Of a stretch of 64,000 nt of DNA, positions 63,401-64,000 are shown in pieces. This DNA is from Bugula neritina (lineage: Eukaryota; Animalia; Bryozoa). The DNA is taken from the NCBI GenBank assembly GCA_964035545.1, contig OZ037768.1, positions 13,277,675 through 13,341,674 of the forward strand, in the 5' to 3' direction. A program made the translations under genes and the position numbers. The stretch's first letter is position 1. Every line of letters starts with the position of its first letter. The notes beneath the pieces were generated by a model that was given only the letters and a program-made list of their open reading frames with translations, did not search any database and was not told where the DNA came from.

Positions 63401-64000
63401 GAGATTGAATGCTGTTGAAAATACAGATTTGTGTTATCCTAAGGATATATTGGTTAAGGGAGCCATATTTTTCACCCATTTCTTGCTCTTCTTCAAAATC
63501 TGTTATTTCATTATTGATAAGCAGTTGATAACAGTAGCTGAAATGTTAGTGTCTTTTGGCATTTCAGTTCCATTGAAATATGTGGACAAAATCCAAGAAT
63601 TTCTATTAAAAATTATACTAGTCCAAGATATTAAAATTGATTTGTCTGATTTTGGAATTTGTGGCACTAGTCAGAGTAGAGAGTGCAGCCCTGATATGTA
63701 TCGTTCAGGACTAAAAGCTTATAGTTTGTACCTTTATATAGTCTTAAGGAATTTCTTCTTGACTTCATACACTATTTAGTGTGTAATGAGACAAAGCAGT
63801 AAAATTCAGGGATGGTGTTTTATCTGTCCCAATCAAAAATTAAAAGGACTTCCTTGCAAGCTGGTTATTTGTTGGTGCTATTTTGAAATAATTTCAAAGT
63901 CATAGGAAGTCTAGCTGTCACAAATTAGATTTAAATTTCATATTTTGATTAAACTTCAAGACTGGAAAGCTCTATCTTCAATCTGTCCATAGAATGAGTG

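Noticed and set aside
63384-63779. 131-aa ORF as an ELP1 exon or nested gene
   Set aside because: No ELP1 motifs, non-ATG start, and AT-rich hydrophobic composition typical of chance ORFs or decayed TE.

Overview
AT-rich, intron-dense animal (invertebrate) genomic DNA, not prokaryotic. Most entries in the ORF track are exon fragments or noise. Four spliced protein-coding genes can be assembled by eye. (1) The 3' part of CLASP (+, 279..15209; TOG1 lies upstream of the window), with several frame-preserving candidate cassette and micro-exons. (2) An unidentified low-complexity/coiled-coil gene (-, about 16127..19473), convergent with CLASP. (3) A myosin essential (alkali) light chain gene (-, 21480..23553). 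(4) ELP1/IKBKAP (+, 27414..>56038; 25 coding exons seen, C-terminal exons not found in the window). The ELP1 introns are loaded with transposons: a full-length decayed Tc1 element, a 5'-inverted RTE LINE stub with TSD, two tRNA-derived SINEs, MITEs, hAT relics, and a 2.87-kb fold-back element with about 890-bp near-identical arms around a PIF/Harbinger-ISL2EU-like transposase relic. I found no clearly new multi-gene system. The best leads are the fold-back element, the orphan gene, the CLASP micro-exon/RBFOX-motif cluster, and an ELP1 splice donor that naturally resembles the human familial dysautonomia allele. All exon coordinates were read manually and may be off by a few bases.
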